Of a stretch of DNA of 64,000 nt, positions 11,479 through 24,857 are shown piece by piece. Source of the stretch: Lama guanicoe (taxonomy: Eukaryota). Where the stretch lies: contig MU053754.1 of the NCBI GenBank assembly GCA_013239625.1, forward strand, positions 62,001 to 126,000, in the 5' to 3' direction. The notes below the pieces were generated by a model. That model made no database searches, was not told the origin of the DNA, and saw nothing but the letters and a program-made list of their open reading frames with translations. Every line of letters starts with the position of its first letter. The stretch's first letter is position 1. A program made the translations under genes and the position numbers.

Positions 11479-14400
11479 TGAGTCTCAGCCAACCCGCTGC
11501 TCTGCTCTGGGCATCCCTGTGGCGTGTGCTCGTGGCTCCCTCTACCTGGAAGGACTTGCTCTTCCTTCCACGTTTGTGCTTCTCAATCCCCCCGACCCCA
11601 GCCCCCCGAAGCGCCGTCTGCTCGGCCTGCACCTCCGCCCTCCTGTAGCTTTGCTCCGTGGCTCTGCGTGGCTTTGCGATGTTTACCTCGCCGTCCCTCC
11701 CGAGCCTCCCTCGGAGGTCGGGGGTCGTGACTTACCGATCTGTATGTGGTCTCGGCGCGTGTGTATTTGCTAGATACAAATGCTTCTGTGTTATCCTGGC
11801 TCCCAAACCAGGTTTTTTTGTTGTTTGTTTGTTTGTTTTTAATCATGCCCTGCGTCAGTGACGGAATCTACTTTGGGTTTTCCGGTGACCAGTCACAGAG
11901 TGGAATTTCTAACAGGCATTAAGGGGCACGAGGAACCAAGTGACCATTCTACATGGAGGGAAAGGTTCCACAAATGGTTGTCGTGTATTTAAACTTAGAA
12001 TTACAGTCGGGTTCACATCACTAAGATGGCTTGCAGTCTGTGGGAATCTCACAATGATTATACCTACGCTAGCCCTGGGTGTTGATGTTGGATTTTGAGT
12101 TCCCTCTTGAGAGGTAAAAGGAAAGTCCCCTTTGCTCTAGTGTGCATTGGGGTTCTGCTCCCAGAGGCAAGATTGTCGCAGAATATCTGGTAACCGCTGC
12201 CGCCCCCGGCGGGTGGTGCATTCTTAAACTCACGTGATGCTCCTTCAAACTGGTTTTCAACGCAGTCCCCTCCCCACCCTGCTCCCCCAGCCCATGTACC
12301 AAAGATGTCATGTAAAGAGCAGCTGCTCCATTTTTTTTTAAAGTGGAAAACTATAGCCCTTCCACGGACACCATACCAGGTTCACCCTGCCGGGTTTATG
12401 CTTCCAATCTGGGCAGCTTCCTTGAGACATTTTCTGGAAGGTGACTATGGCAGAACCACACAGGCTTACGGTTCTAGACCCGGAAGGGTCCTGGCTACCT
12501 AGCTCATCCGTGTGTCCATCGTTCCTACCACCCACAGGAATGCTGTCTCTTTTTTTAGGTGAATTGGCAGCAGGTAGCTCTGACCCGTCTCATCCACGAG
12601 AGATGTGGCCCTCCCCACTTCCTTTTAGACAGAGCCCGCGAGGGACGTAAGGAACAAAGTTTCCATGACCGTCGGCTGTTGAAAGCAGGGTGACATCCCA
12701 TCCTGAACCGTTGCAAAACTGCATTTAAATAAAGCCGACCTCCCCGCCTCCAGTCCCCACGCCCTCAGTTAGAGAAGCCGGAAGGAACATATTGGATCAG
12801 GGGCTGGAGAAACACAGTATGTGGAGGAGGAAAGAGAAAAGGGACAGGAGGAGACAGAAAATAGGAGTAAGTGAGAACAACAAGACTGAGATTCTGACAG
12901 GCAGCTGGCCCTGGGATAAAATGTGCTTCGAAGACAAACACAAGCGGCATTCCTTCTTATGCAGTTCCTTAGAATCTCCTGCCTGGAGCTGGCGGCCACA
13001 GAGGGGCCATGGCAGCATTTCAGTGCTGGAATCACTCACCTGGCCGTGGGGTCTCAGGAAACCATGGCTTTTACGAGTCGCCTGATCTACTTCTCAGGGT
13101 GTCCCCGAAACTCAGTCCCAGGGGGAGCTGCCTCACCTGTCACACTGTCCCACGTGGCTTCGGGGCTGGGTCCTCCGTGTTTTCATCTGTCCGTTTGTTG
13201 TGCGTGTGTGGACTTGGCACCTGCTGGGTGGAACCTTCTAGGCTAGGCTGGGCTGGGCACCTGTCCGGGAGCTTTTCACATCTTAGCTCTGGATGGGCTG
13301 CGAGCCGTGGGAAGGGCTGGGGAAAAGCAGCTGTGTAAGGAAAGGATCACTTGTCCTGTTGACTAAAGAAGACAGACATATTCAGCTGAGATCATGTCAG
13401 ATCTACGCTGCTGGCAGGGCGCCGTCCGTCAGCACTGATGACCCGGCGGCACTTTCCGTAATTCTTAGGGTTAAGAGGGTGGCCTCCTGACCACCAAGTG
13501 CTCTGTTAGGAAAGAAGAGAGGAATTTACGGTCAGGGTTTAGTAACTGGCAGCAGTGAGGTGCTCGGGAGTCTCGCCAGCTTGTTGTGAAACCATTGCTG
13601 ACTTGAGGTCGGCCGCACGGGGAGTGTCTGCGCCCCGGCCACAGCAGACACCGCGGATCGCGGCTCTGCCCCTCCCTCGGAGACAGCCAGCTCACCAGCG
13701 CTGCCCTGGTTCTGGGAGACTGGAGCTGGCTGGAAGTGCTAGGATCTAATTCCCATTTGTCTGGATTAGTTGGAAGCTTGCATATTACGATTCCAGACTT
13801 ATTTTTCCAAAAACGTAGAGCTAGAAGGCTGTTTCCACCCTTCCCAAAGCTGAATCCCCTTCAGCTTTTATATACAATGCCTTCTCTGTAATTTAATAAT
13901 TCTGTGTTTATAATGATTCTGTCATTTACTTGTCTCTGCAAATGGTGTAACTTCATCGTCATCTGAGAGCGTTATTTCCATTATATGTTAGAAGTCACGA
14001 GAGCGCTGTCATAATGTGGATAACTTTTCTTGCATTACAATGTGAATTTTCAGTTTAAATTTACTATTCAATATGTATTTTAAAATTTTGGCTTTAACTT
14101 TTGACGTACAAACCAGTGTTACTAAAAATTAAATGTAAAGGCCGCTTGATTTTATGGTAAAATTTATCGTAGAATACTGGTAGATATTTGACTCTGGGAT
14201 TCTGTTGCAGATTTTTGAACAGATGGATGTAAGTCTGTAAGTTACATGCTTGCATTAACGTGAGGGCCCCGCAGACCAGCCGATCATACAGAAATCCACG
14301 AGGGTTAGTCATTCTGGGGCTGATCCCACAGAACCTCATAAATCTGGCTGCTTTTTCCAACTCAGGTTTGTTGGAAACTTCTGTGATTTTGTTTTAAAGC

Positions 14401-14511
14401 ATCCTTTGAAAAATCACAAGAGTGCACCTGAAACTTGCATAATTAAGAGAAAAGGAAAAACAGTAGACAATTTTGACTTCCAAAAAAATTAAAAATCTAA
14501 AATCACAAGAA

Positions 14512-14599
14512 AAAGCAGTAAGATATTGGAATTCATCCTAAAGGAAAGTGTCTCTAAAGCAGTAAGATAGTCGAATTCATTCTAAAGGAAAGTGTTTAT
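14512..14599. repeat. 44-bp tandem duplication (2 copies, 39/44 identical)
   Basis: AAAGCAGTAAGATATTGGAATTCATCCTAAAGGAAAGTGTCTCT then AAAGCAGTAAGATAGTCGAATTCATTCTAAAGGAAAGTGTTTAT. Confidence 0.9.
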
Positions 14600-17270
14600 A
14601 AAAGGTGCCTTCTTTCCACAATAAGAAATAAGTGAGGTTTAAAATCAAAAACAGCATTACCATGGTAATTGAGGAAAATGCCTGCTTTGTTCAGCATCTA
14701 AAATTTTCACAAAGGTAAAAAAAAAATTAATTTCGCCTGTAAAATACACATAAGAAAAGAGACAAGATTCTGATTACAGCTGTTGAGGTGTCGGCAGCTA
14801 ACCAGTGCAAGAAAGGCTGTGCGTGGCTTTTGTCTTTGCTAATGATTCTGCTGGGTGTTCACTGGATGCCTGTCTTTGTCTGATTGTCTGAAATTGGATC
14901 CAAAGGGTCAGAGATAATACATGGAGGTTCTAAAACTGAACAGCTGTGGGCTGTGCCGTTTTCAAGGGAACGCTTGCGGAAAACTGTCCTATGTTCCAAG
15001 TTAGTTTAAGAAGGACAGACTCTCACCCAAACACGACTTTTGTGGCCATTAAGAAGAGCATGTCTGTGTAAATCCCTTCGAGGATGTGTTTGAAGTCTTA
15101 GGATTTCGTTGTCCTTTTAGAAAACCTCGCCCAAAGGCTGCATTCCCAAGCACTTTGGACCTTTCCGATATTCACCCCCTAACTCTTTGACCTGCCTTCT
15201 CAGCCCAGCATCGAGGGATGGGACGCGTGCCAGTAATTGCAGGACGTGTCCCAGGACGGACGCAGGCTCCCTGGTGACAACCTAAGAGGAGGGGTGATGC
15301 GGGAGGGCAGAGAAGCCTTCCCTGGAATTGTTAAATGTTTATGCAGTTTGTTTATCTCATCGTCCGTCCGGCTCTGCAGTCTCGGATGTAACTTCCTAAC
15401 GGTTCATCTCCTTTCATGGGAAAAAACCCTCCTAGGTGGATTTTTTTTTCCTCCCACTTTGTCTATTTAAGATATATTTTCATACCGCCCTTCACATGAC
15501 CTGATACGCAATATTAGACCGTTTTTGAAACCGATGCGTACTTTTTGACCAAAGTTTTCACATGTCTGACCTGCGATGACACTGATGCTTGGGTGAAAAA
15601 CGTGGCAGCCACAGCTTCTGTTCGCTTGTCCCGACGCAGACCTGCTCCCTTGTAGACACAAAATGCATTGAAATGGGAGTTTCTTTCCGGAATGCCAAAA
15701 GCCGCGTTCCTGAGCGCCCTAATGCGGCCTTCGGTCTTAGCTCAGCACCGTCTGATTCCCGTCTCCTACAGGCCTCCTCTTATGACCGTCCCCCCTTCCA
15801 TACTCACTCCTGTCACCTTACCAACTTGCTGCAGCGTCTGGCACACCTTTTTGCTTGGATGTCGACACGGGATGTGTCTCTGTTCTCCCAGGATGCCGGC
15901 TTACTTCTGACTCTGTCCTGGTTCACCTCGGTCCGCCAGCAGAGCTGGTGGTTTCTGTGGGGACGTTTCGGTTCTAACCGAGGCGTCTTGTATTCCATGA
16001 GTATTTGGGCCTTCGTGCATTTGGATCTTCCTACGAAAATGTTTCGTAGGTGGTTTTACACGTCTCCCTTTGTTTACTCTCCCTCTCTTGAAACGTGTCA
16101 TCTTTTCCACGTGACCGTTCTGTATCGTTTGAAGACATACTTGGTAACAACAAACAATGACATTCCGCCCTGATGTTGCTTCCGTATCTACTCTCCGGCA
16201 GACTCTCTGGTGGCAATAAGCACTTTGCACTTGATCCTCCGAATTACAAGTGATCTTGATTAATATTCGTATCAGATTTGGCTATAACAGAAAACAGAGA
16301 AACAGGGGCTCACGTCAGAGGGAAGGTTCTGTGTTGGAGATGATGACAGTGTCCGCCCAGGGTCAGCAGGATGGAGGAATGGATGGAAAAGATGAGAGGA
16401 AAAGGGTGCGTGCCTCTTACCTCCCATGGAGGGTGTCCTGCAGGCCAGAAGCTGGTCATCTGTGCACACCTAGCATCACGGGAGGCTGGGCAGTGTAGCC
16501 TTCATCGTGGCTGTCCCTGTGCCCTGCGGACATGACCAGGGGAGGCTGGCAATACTTAGCAATGTCTCCCAAGGTTATTTACACATGAGGAGGCAGAGGT
16601 CTGTAGTCACATAATTGGCATACAGTCTGCACGGTTGAGGGCAAGGCTGGATTCGAAACTAGCCATCTGCTCTCGGTCTGCCCTGTGGTAAACTAGAACT
16701 TCTCCACCCAAAACCATGAGTTATTTTACTCACAGTCACAAGGATGATTCTTGCTCCTAAGTGTCTGTCTGGCCGTCTCCATGGGCTGTTTCTGGAATTC
16801 GTCCCTGTCTTCTTATTCTCTGAGTCTCGCCATCCTTGGGGACATAGGCTCTGGTCTCCCCTCAACCAACTCCACACCCTGATCCGCATGCTCCCAGCTG
16901 CCCGCCTGTCCATCCCTCACGCCCGTCCATGCTCATTCTGTCCTGAGGTCACGGGGACTTGTGTCTGCTGTGCCAATTCCTTGGGACTGCCCGTTTTCTG
17001 ATGCCAAGAGACCCCGAGGTGGGTGTATTTCCTAAGTCTCTGACTTCCTCACTCATTTATCTGCCGTGAGCAGTGCCCCCAGGCAGCCTGCTTCTCTGTC
17101 TGGCTGGAGGCCTTGTTGGGCAGTGAGGGGTTTTCGGCAGGACGCTCCAGGTGGCTCTGCAGGAGAGACACACAGAACGTACTGGGCTTCCTGCCTGCCC
17201 CTCGCCGGCTTTCCTGACAGCTGGCTGCTTCTCCCCTCTCTTCTAGTCCCTTCCTGCTTGTCCCATCACC

Positions 17271-18200
17271 TCATTCATTTGTTAATTCACCCAACACGTT
17301 TTATTGTCCATCTGTTCTATATAAGGCGCTAGGTACTGGGGATCTAAGAGGTGCATTGACCATCTGTCCATGTAAGGCACCAGGTTCTGGGCATTTAAGA
17401 CGTGTGAGAGATACATTCTTGTGTTCAGAAAGTGAATAGCCTAGAAGGAAATAGAGGCCGCAGACAGTGAGAGACCTCACGGGCTGAATGCGTGCTGAGA
17501 ACTGCCAGAGGAGTGAGGACCCGCTCATACCTTCTGTCCGGGGATCCACACAGGTCACAGAGGAGGCGTGGCTGCAGGGCCTTGAAGGATGGGTAGGAGT
17601 TCAATGTGCAGAGACCAGAAGGGAAAGGGGCCGGGTTTAGCATGCCTTGGGTACCCCTGTTGTGCAGGATTCATATTTCTATCCCCCCAAATGCAAAACA
17701 GAGGCTTAGTAAAAGGGAGTGTTTTGATGTCAGGCGTCAGTTGGTGGAACTGGGATGGTTCTGCATTTAAATTGACAAGCAGGTACTTTTTGGCCACAGC
17801 CCTGAGCTTCTGCGTCTTCCTTCTCCCTCTTTTCCTGTGGTGAATGTCCCAGTGCCCCCAGGTACAGGAAGCTGGCAGGCGTGGGTCTATAATCCCCGAG
17901 CCCAGGGCTGCACCTTTGAGAGTCCGGGCTGCAGAGATGAGTAGAGATGAGCCTCAAGAGTGAAGAAAAAGGGCACGTGGGTCCACAGATCTCTGGGATC
18001 GTGTGTGACGACACTGGTGCCCCAGGTGGGTCACATCCTGAGGTCTTTGGGTCAATGAAAAGACTGTGGCGTTGGTCTAGGGTGGCTGGCTCAGGATAAA
18101 GGAACGATGTTGGAGGGTGTATCAGGGAAGCGAGGAGGTCTCTGGGAGCTTGGGGACCATGGGATGGATTTTCAGACATTGGCTCAGAAGATGAGGTCAA
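17271..18200 (-). mobile_element. LINE2 3' remnant
   Basis: tcattcatttgttaattcacccaacacgttttattg...ctaggtactgggga is the typical antisense L2 3' end, followed by a purine-rich body. Boundaries approximate. Confidence 0.6.
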
Positions 18201-19689
18201 CATGACTGAGGGGACAAGCTGAGGGTCCCAGGGGTGTGGAACTGGTCACTCCTAGTGGGAGAACAGAGCAGTATTTGAAATGGTCCTTGTAGAACTCCAA
18301 GATGGCACGCTGTAGTGCAAAACACTGCTGAGACTGAAAACCCCAAAAATCCGTGTGTGGCTCCTATGATATATACATGGAATTCTCCCAGCATCCAAGA
18401 TAAATCTTGCCAAGACTAGCAGATGAACAGCATTCATCAAGGGAAGTCTGAATCTGGGTGATGAATTAAGAGCCCATGTGTTGAAGCCATTTCAGTGTAG
18501 TTCTGCATATTCTTGAAGAATCCTTCATTGGGGGAAGGATGTGTGTCAAGACTCGGATTACAGCAGCAACAGATGTAAGAGCAGGCAGAAGCCAGTGTTC
18601 TTCTCTTAGATAGACTGCAGCTTTCTATGCAGAGCTGACCCGTGGGTGGTCTTCACGGTGCACTGGCCACTGGAATGAGAGCTTCACTTACTTACAGGAA
18701 TGCACGGTTGATCCCCAAAGGGAGGCCCTGAGGCAAGGACTCTTATTACCCTAATTTCTCAGAAAAGGAGGCTGGGGCCCAGAGAGGGTAGGGTGTCCCA
18801 CAGCTAGGAAATTGCAGAGCTGGGATTTCCACCCACACTGTCAGCGCCAACAGAAAAGGGGTGGGAGAATTCAAGCAGGTCACCCTCGCCGAGACAGCGG
18901 GACACTCGGAACAAAGGGTGTCCGCCGGTGGGGAGGGTCGAGGCTCCAGACCCACGGGGTTACCCACACGAATCGAAGTGTATTTGGAAAAGCGGATCTC
19001 TGTTAGGCAGACTGAAGCATCTTATAAATGTATCTGCAGAGGGGGCTTCCAACACTGGTGGATGGCATTGGCTGGAGGAGTGAGAGAAACAGGATGTGGG
19101 TGATTTTTGTACCCCAAAGAGGTCCTCCAGGCACCCACAGAGGACTCCCCTTTAAAACGCTGGCCTGAGCCCCTGCCTTCTGGCCACTGCATTGTCTGTC
19201 TGTCTGTCTGTCTCTTTGTCTCTCCCTGTTGACTCCCGTGCTACAAGTCTCACATAGCAGCGTCAGGCCAAGAAAAGCCAGTGTGTCTAACTCGACTTTT
19301 ATAAAGACATCTCTAACTCCCCAGAAGGAGGGAGGCCTGAAGCCCCCGTGCCCCTTTATCCACTGTATTTTGGAAGAGCGCGGCAAACACACATCCTGGC
19401 CTCCCCACCATTTCTGCACCGCCACGGTCATCTGACACGTGCGTTTTCCCTTCTTCTGAGCTGGCCGTTGGTTCACTCTTTCATCGCCAACTCTCCAAGA
19501 CTTAAGGAGGACCGCACATCTCACTCTGGCTTCTGATTTCTTTCATTCACAATAAAATGTGTCATATTTTATAGTTTAGCTCTCTGACGATCTACGAGCA
19601 GGGAGACACAGAGCTGTGCTGCAGTGACCATTAGCCCTGAAATCTCGGGGGCTCGAGCCAGCAAAGGTTCATTCTCACGCGGACATATT

Positions 19690-19890
19690 TGAGGCTCACT
19701 CACCCTGGGCACTGTTGGCATTTGGGGCCAGGTGATTGTCTGTGGTGGGCTGGGGACAGGGGACAGCACCCTGGCCTTGACCCACTAGACACCAGACACC
19801 AGTAGCAGCATCACTCCTTCACCAGCAACTGTGACAACCCAGCTGGCCTCCGGACATGATCAGATGTTCCCAGATAGTGGCCCCCAGTGC
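19690..19890 (-). mobile_element. MER20-like hAT MITE, apparently inside an older MLT1 LTR remnant (about 19595-20130)
   Basis: ggcactgttggcatttggggccagg...ccctggccttgacccactagacaccagtagca...tgtgacaacc is the reverse complement of the MER20 core; homologous to 61689-61918. Confidence 0.75.
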
Positions 19891-22482
19891 TGTGTACCCA
19901 GTGCAGCAGAGAGTCCAGGAGGAGGGTCCTCGGGCATCCTGAGTCCCTCAGGGACCACAGGGACACAGGCCCCACTGGCTGCAATGTCACCAGCAGGAGA
20001 GACAGTTCTTCTGTGCTGTGGAGCTGGGAAGGACACGTCCCGCTCTGTCCTCACTGGGCAAGAACTCCCCGAGTGGCCTCATCTCACTGCAGGGATGTTG
20101 CAAAAACGTGCGGGAGCAGGTAGCTTACCCGGGGGCAGGCTCCGTGGTCTCCAGGAGAGAGGAGGGGTAGTCTTATGTTTGTGGCATCAAAGTTCCAGGT
20201 TGGGGGCACCTTTCTTCAGCCCCCGTGGGCTCAGAGTGCCCGGCGGTGACGTTTGGCGTGTCCGATAGTCTGCTGGGGTGCGTCATTTATATTCCCGAGG
20301 TACCCATCTCATCTCCAGGACAGCAGGAGTAGATCTGTAAGGCACGGAGCGCAACCCCACTCAGAAACGTCACGAGGAAGCGTGACGCTGCGTACGGAGG
20401 CTCACGTCTGTCCGTTGCAGGACGCCGCACGTTTCAGGTGTGGAGTTTTGGCCCCTTTCTTTACAGAGGAGCGGCAACAGCCCAGGGGCCTTTCTGTCTC
20501 TGTTTTTGTTCTCTGTCCTCATTTCGGGGGCTTCTCTGCCGAGTCACCTGGAACCCTTCCCTGTGGCCAAGTCCCCGCGGCCCGGACGGGACGGAAATCA
20601 CAGAGGGTGTTCCTGTTCCAGGATCACGCAGCCCTGAGGTCCCCGGAGAATCCCACGGCATCCGAAACTCCTTGATTCACTTTTCTTGCAGTTGATTTTA
20701 ACACTGATGGAGTAGCTGCTTTAGGATTCCCCTTGGAAGGTGCCGAATTCAGGGCCCAGCTTAGCCATCAGTCTTTTCTCACTTAAATTCCATTTTCCTT
20801 TTGGTCAGAGGATGGTCAACTTTCTTTTCTCTTTAATCAAGTCATTTTTTTTAAGAGATGATTTTACATAAAAATATGTTTCACCCGGTAAGTGCATTTT
20901 GTATGCCAGTAACAGAGCCCTCTCACGGTATTATGTCACTGACAGCTTTGTCCTTTAATCCTGACAATTATTTCTCCTAAATTTCAGAGCATTTTTAAAA
21001 CCTCTGCCAAATTATTGTTCCTGCCACTACTTGGAATACATTTTTAAAAATCCCGTTTAATTTCCGCACATTGTCACTGTAAAATTTAATAACTGCTTCT
21101 TCTGGTCACTGGACCTCAATTACAAATGAGTTTAAGATCCCTTGGTGGTCCAAATATTTATCTGTGACAGGTGAGACAGAAACAGTCTGTTTTCAGAGTA
21201 GACTGGAATTTTAGCAATCGAGAAACAATTTTTCAAAACCTCAACTTTTTTCAGGAGTGTAGAGAGAAATTCAGGATGAAATACGTCATCAAAATCATTT
21301 TGGAAAATGAGACTAAATCTGCCCGTTAGAAATGGAAGGTGATACCAGGTGCCTCCTGTCTTATCCCATCATTTACCAATTCGCTCTTTTCCATTGAAAC
21401 GACACCTTGGACAGTGTCGACGCCTGGGTTCCTGGTGAACCACAGACCAGACCTTGAAGTAAGGACTCCTATCTAGTAAACCAGCGTGCAGTGAAGTGCA
21501 GCCCTGTTTGTCTCACGTGACCAAATCCAGAGCCGTCTAAAGAAATAATACAGAGAAGACACAATCTACTCTTTTTTATTAAAAGTTTTTTTAAAAAAAT
21601 CCAAGTTGGGCAGTAAAGAGGCCAACGCACGAAACAGATTTTTGGAAAAGTTAGTTCTGCATTCTGTGCTTGTCCGAGCCACGTGGCGATGCTGTGGCCC
21701 CTCGAATGTCAAGCTCGAAACACCCCCCAGATCTGCAGCCCTCGGAACAGGAGCAGAAGAGTCCCCACCCCCACCCCCACCACAAGCCGTGCACGCCTGT
21801 CTGTAGCAGCCTTGGCCCCGCTGACCCAGCTTCTCCGTGGCTCTAGCTCCTTGCTGCTGAAAAGGCTTCTTTCTGAAACCGATCGGGGCCTCAGGGGAAG
21901 GAGAGAAGTGGGTGGATGTACAGAGTGTCAAGGGAACCCACTTCGTCTGTAAGCTCCCCTGGGGAGGGACAGCGGGCCCTGCAGTTTCTCCTCCAGCCTC
22001 GCTCGACCGCGGGTCAGCCTGAACTCCTCTTTAAAAGGCAGGTGTGCTGAGCACCTGTCGCTTGTGTACCTTGACAGGGACGTCCTGTGCCGCCGCTTCT
22101 GCCAGCGTCAGTGATCCACGTAACGGATTCCTTTAAGTATAGACTCAGTTGTACCACATTCACGTCGCTTGTGTGGGCTTCCTGGTTCTCCTCCGAAACC
22201 AGAGAGGCTGCCTTTCCCTCGAATGTGCTTGTCTGAGGTCAGGGGCTGTTTGGGGGCACGGCAGACACCCGTGACGATGGCTTTCAGTTGATTCCATTCA
22301 TTTATTTTCCGTCTGCATCCGTGGGTCCCTCAACACCTATAATTGCAAAAGCCACCGTTGGCATGCTACAAGCAAACGACTGAAGTGAATTACGTAGGTG
22401 TGTGGTGCTCTGTAGTGGGAAAGCCTCTGTGGTTGTATGTGACAACGCTGTAAGGATGCAGCAGAACAAAGGACATTTTCAG

Positions 22483-22630
22483 GGAGGAAGGGTATATATG
22501 TAGCTGAACTGGGAGAGCACGTGCTTAGCATGCATGAGGTCTGGGGTTCAATCCCCAGTACCCCCTCTAAAAAATAAATGAGTAAACCTAATTACCTGCC
22601 CCCCCGAAAAAATAATTTAAATTTTTTAAT
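22483..22630 (+). mobile_element. tRNA-Ala-derived SINE (Vic-1 type), long form
   Basis: Head plus ACCTAATTACC tail; TSD AGGACATTTT(C/T)AG at 22470-22482 and 22631-22643. Confidence 0.9.
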
Positions 22631-22903
22631 AGGACATTTTTAGTACATGTTAACTGTCTGTTTTTATCTGCCACCTTTTTCCACCCAGGAGACAGTTTGT
22701 AGACCTCTGTCAGGGGATGTGCGGTTACCAGTCAGTTCTCAGGAAGTCTTATCTTTGTGGAATAAACAGGAGATCAGTCCTCGCACAATTATTTGTTGGC
22801 AAATCCCTTTTTTTCTAAAAAGGTCAACATTGGGTATCTCAGGGAGCACAGAACTTACATTTTAAAACCTATTTAAGCACTCCGCCCTTGGGTGGACTTG
22901 GGA

Positions 22904-23040
22904 TTTTTAACACCTTTATTAAGTATGCATTTATCACATACACAACATTAAATTCCAATTTAATCATGTTCAGTAAATGTACAGAGTTTTCTAACCGTAG
23001 TCACAATCTAATGTCCGAATGTTTCCTTCACCCCCAAAAG
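22904..23040 (-). mobile_element. Old L1M 3' end fragment
   Basis: tttttaacacctttattaagtat...tcagtaaatgtacagagtt...cacaatctaat...ttcacccccaaaag. Confidence 0.6.
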
Positions 23041-23842
23041 ATCGATCGTTTCTGTAAGCCAGCTGCAGTCTGTCCACAGCCTCACTGAATTCTGGACTGG
23101 ATTCAATTGGACTTTCTCAGAGCCAAGGAAATCGAATGTTAACCGAGGTCCTAGCGTGTTTAAGATCATTCCTGAAGGCTGTGTGTTTGTGTGCGTGTGT
23201 GTGCCGTGTACCGAGCCTCACCTCCGTGTCAGCCTGCAGCCTGCCTCTTCCCTCTGCTTTGTTTTAAACAAAAGTACAGGCTGCGAGCTTTGAACGTTGA
23301 AGGTGGAGAAGAGGGCCCGCGCCAGGAGCGGAGTCTGTTAGTTGCTGTGTGTGTCTGCTGACTGCCTGCCCTCCGGCTCCCAGCTGGGACGTTGATTCGG
23401 CTGAAATGACAGTCCTCTTACGGTTCTCTGCTCAAACAGTCAGTAAGCTCTCTTCCTTTCTTGCCAGCACTGCCTCTCCCAAGAAATTAGGGATTGAGGA
23501 AAAAGAGGGAAGAGAGAGAGGCCAATCAGAGAGAGAGATGGATTCTGAAAAAGGAGAAAAGGCCGGGGTTTTTAATACGGCTGAATTTGTGCCGTAACAG
23601 CTACTCCTTTATCATCTTCTTTTACTGCTTCTCAGTTAAATAGCAGCGCATGTTTTGTTTTGTTTTGTTTTAAGCTATGGTTCTTACTCTTTCGAGCCTT
23701 AAGCATGAGAAATTCATTTCATCCAGAATCAACAGGTCTTTGCCTTCTTGAAGCACCAGCAGTGTGATTTCTGTGCATGCTCTGATTCGGGTGGGCGTGA
23801 CCTTGTCCCCACGATGCCCACTTCTGTCCTTGTCAACCGCAG

Positions 23843-24216
23843 GCACGTCCATCTGGAAAGCCTTTTTCTTCACACCCAACTTCTCCCCCGAGGGTGCCAA
23901 CGGATGCTTCTCCACACACGTGTGTTTCTGTCACGGACGACACGTCACCTACCACGACCCGCCCTTACTCTTTGACCTCTCCAAAGACCCGCGGGAGAGA
24001 AACCCGTTAACTCCGACGTCCGAGCCCCAGTTCCGGGAGATCCTGGGGGCCATGCAGCAGGCGGCAGACCGCCACACCGAGACCCTGCGAGACGTCCCCA
24101 ATCAGCTGTCGCTGGGGAACATTATCTGGAAGCCGTGGCTTCAGATGTGTTGCTCCTCGCCCAGCCTGTCTTGCCAGTGTGACAGAGAAAAGCAGGACGG
24201 AACAGGGAGCCGCTAG
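23843..24216 (+). CDS. STS: Steroid sulfatase, terminal coding exon (human exon 10 equivalent)
   Basis: Pyrimidine tract and ccgcag| acceptor; A+GC=Ser joins the previous exon. Encodes [13 protein letters not shown]...[10 protein letters not shown]...[19 protein letters not shown]...WKPWLQMCC...[17 protein letters not shown] at 24214-24216. 374 coding nt, the same length as I recall for human. Confidence 0.97.
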
Positions 24217-24300
24217 CTGTGTGTGTCTGAGGACGCACCGTGCCCGCCCCGCCAGCTACATGACGGACGCGCACTGGGAGCCACCCTGGGTAAAGCCGGC

Positions 24301-24341
24301 CCTGGCAGATTTGGATCATCAAACCTGCGATTTGGATCATC
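24301..24341. repeat. Short tandem duplication, 21-bp period
   Basis: GATTTGGATCATC at 24308-24320 and 24329-24341, each preceded by CCTG(G)C. Confidence 0.85.
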
Positions 24342-24578
24342 CTCTGTCTTATCACGTGGAGACTCCGTCAAGAGCCCCGCAGTTACCCCATGGGGTAAAT
24401 AGAGGCACGGATGTGAGACTTCCATCTTCCGTGGCTGAATGCGGGAGAGGGGATTCCACTGGGTATGTCCAACACCGGGGCAGACAGAGCGTAGCAAGGT
24501 GCACAGCTCACCTCTTCACCTCTCAGCCAACGTGTATGATCCACGGCAGAAGGTGTCACTCATCCGACAAGCTGACGT

Positions 24579-24749
24579 GGGGCGGGGGTAGCTCAAGTGA
24601 TAGAGAGCATGCTTAGCATGCGGGAGGTCCTGGGTTCAGTCCCCAGTACCTCTAAAAGTAAGTAAACAGACTTTACCTCCTACCCCCACAAAAAAAAATA
24701 GTAAAAGAAAATTTTTTTTAAAACTCTGTTTAAAAAAATAAAAGGTATG
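24579..24749 (+). mobile_element. tRNA-Ala-derived SINE (Vic-1 type) within the STS 3' UTR, sense orientation
   Basis: GTAGCTCAAGTGATAGAGAGCATGCTTAGCATGCGGGAGGTCCTGGGTTCAGTCCCCAGTACCTC plus A-rich tail; TSD AGCTGA(C/T)GTG at 24570-24579 and 24750-24759. Confidence 0.9.
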
Positions 24750-24857
24750 AGCTGATGTGATGCTGTGGGCACCGTGATTCTCACAGAGGTCTCTGATGAA
24801 AAAGAGAATGACGTTTAAAAAGTGCTCTCTGCGGCTAACATACGCAACTTGATCACG

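Noticed and set aside
14512..14599. CRISPR-like or other prokaryotic repeat array
   Set aside because: Two adjacent copies without spacers in plainly mammalian DNA; no array or cas-like ORF anywhere in the window.
20368..20387. Inverted repeat CGTCACG-AGGAAG-CGTGACG
   Set aside because: A 7-bp stem is expected by chance in 64 kb; no other support.
23878..23889. New N-glycosylation sequon N-F-S in the last exon
   Set aside because: Immediately followed by Pro, which strongly disfavours glycosylation.
24179..24616. Overlapping 145-aa ORF or stop read-through product at the STS 3' end
   Set aside because: Different frame, non-ATG start, ends inside a SINE, and resembles no known protein.
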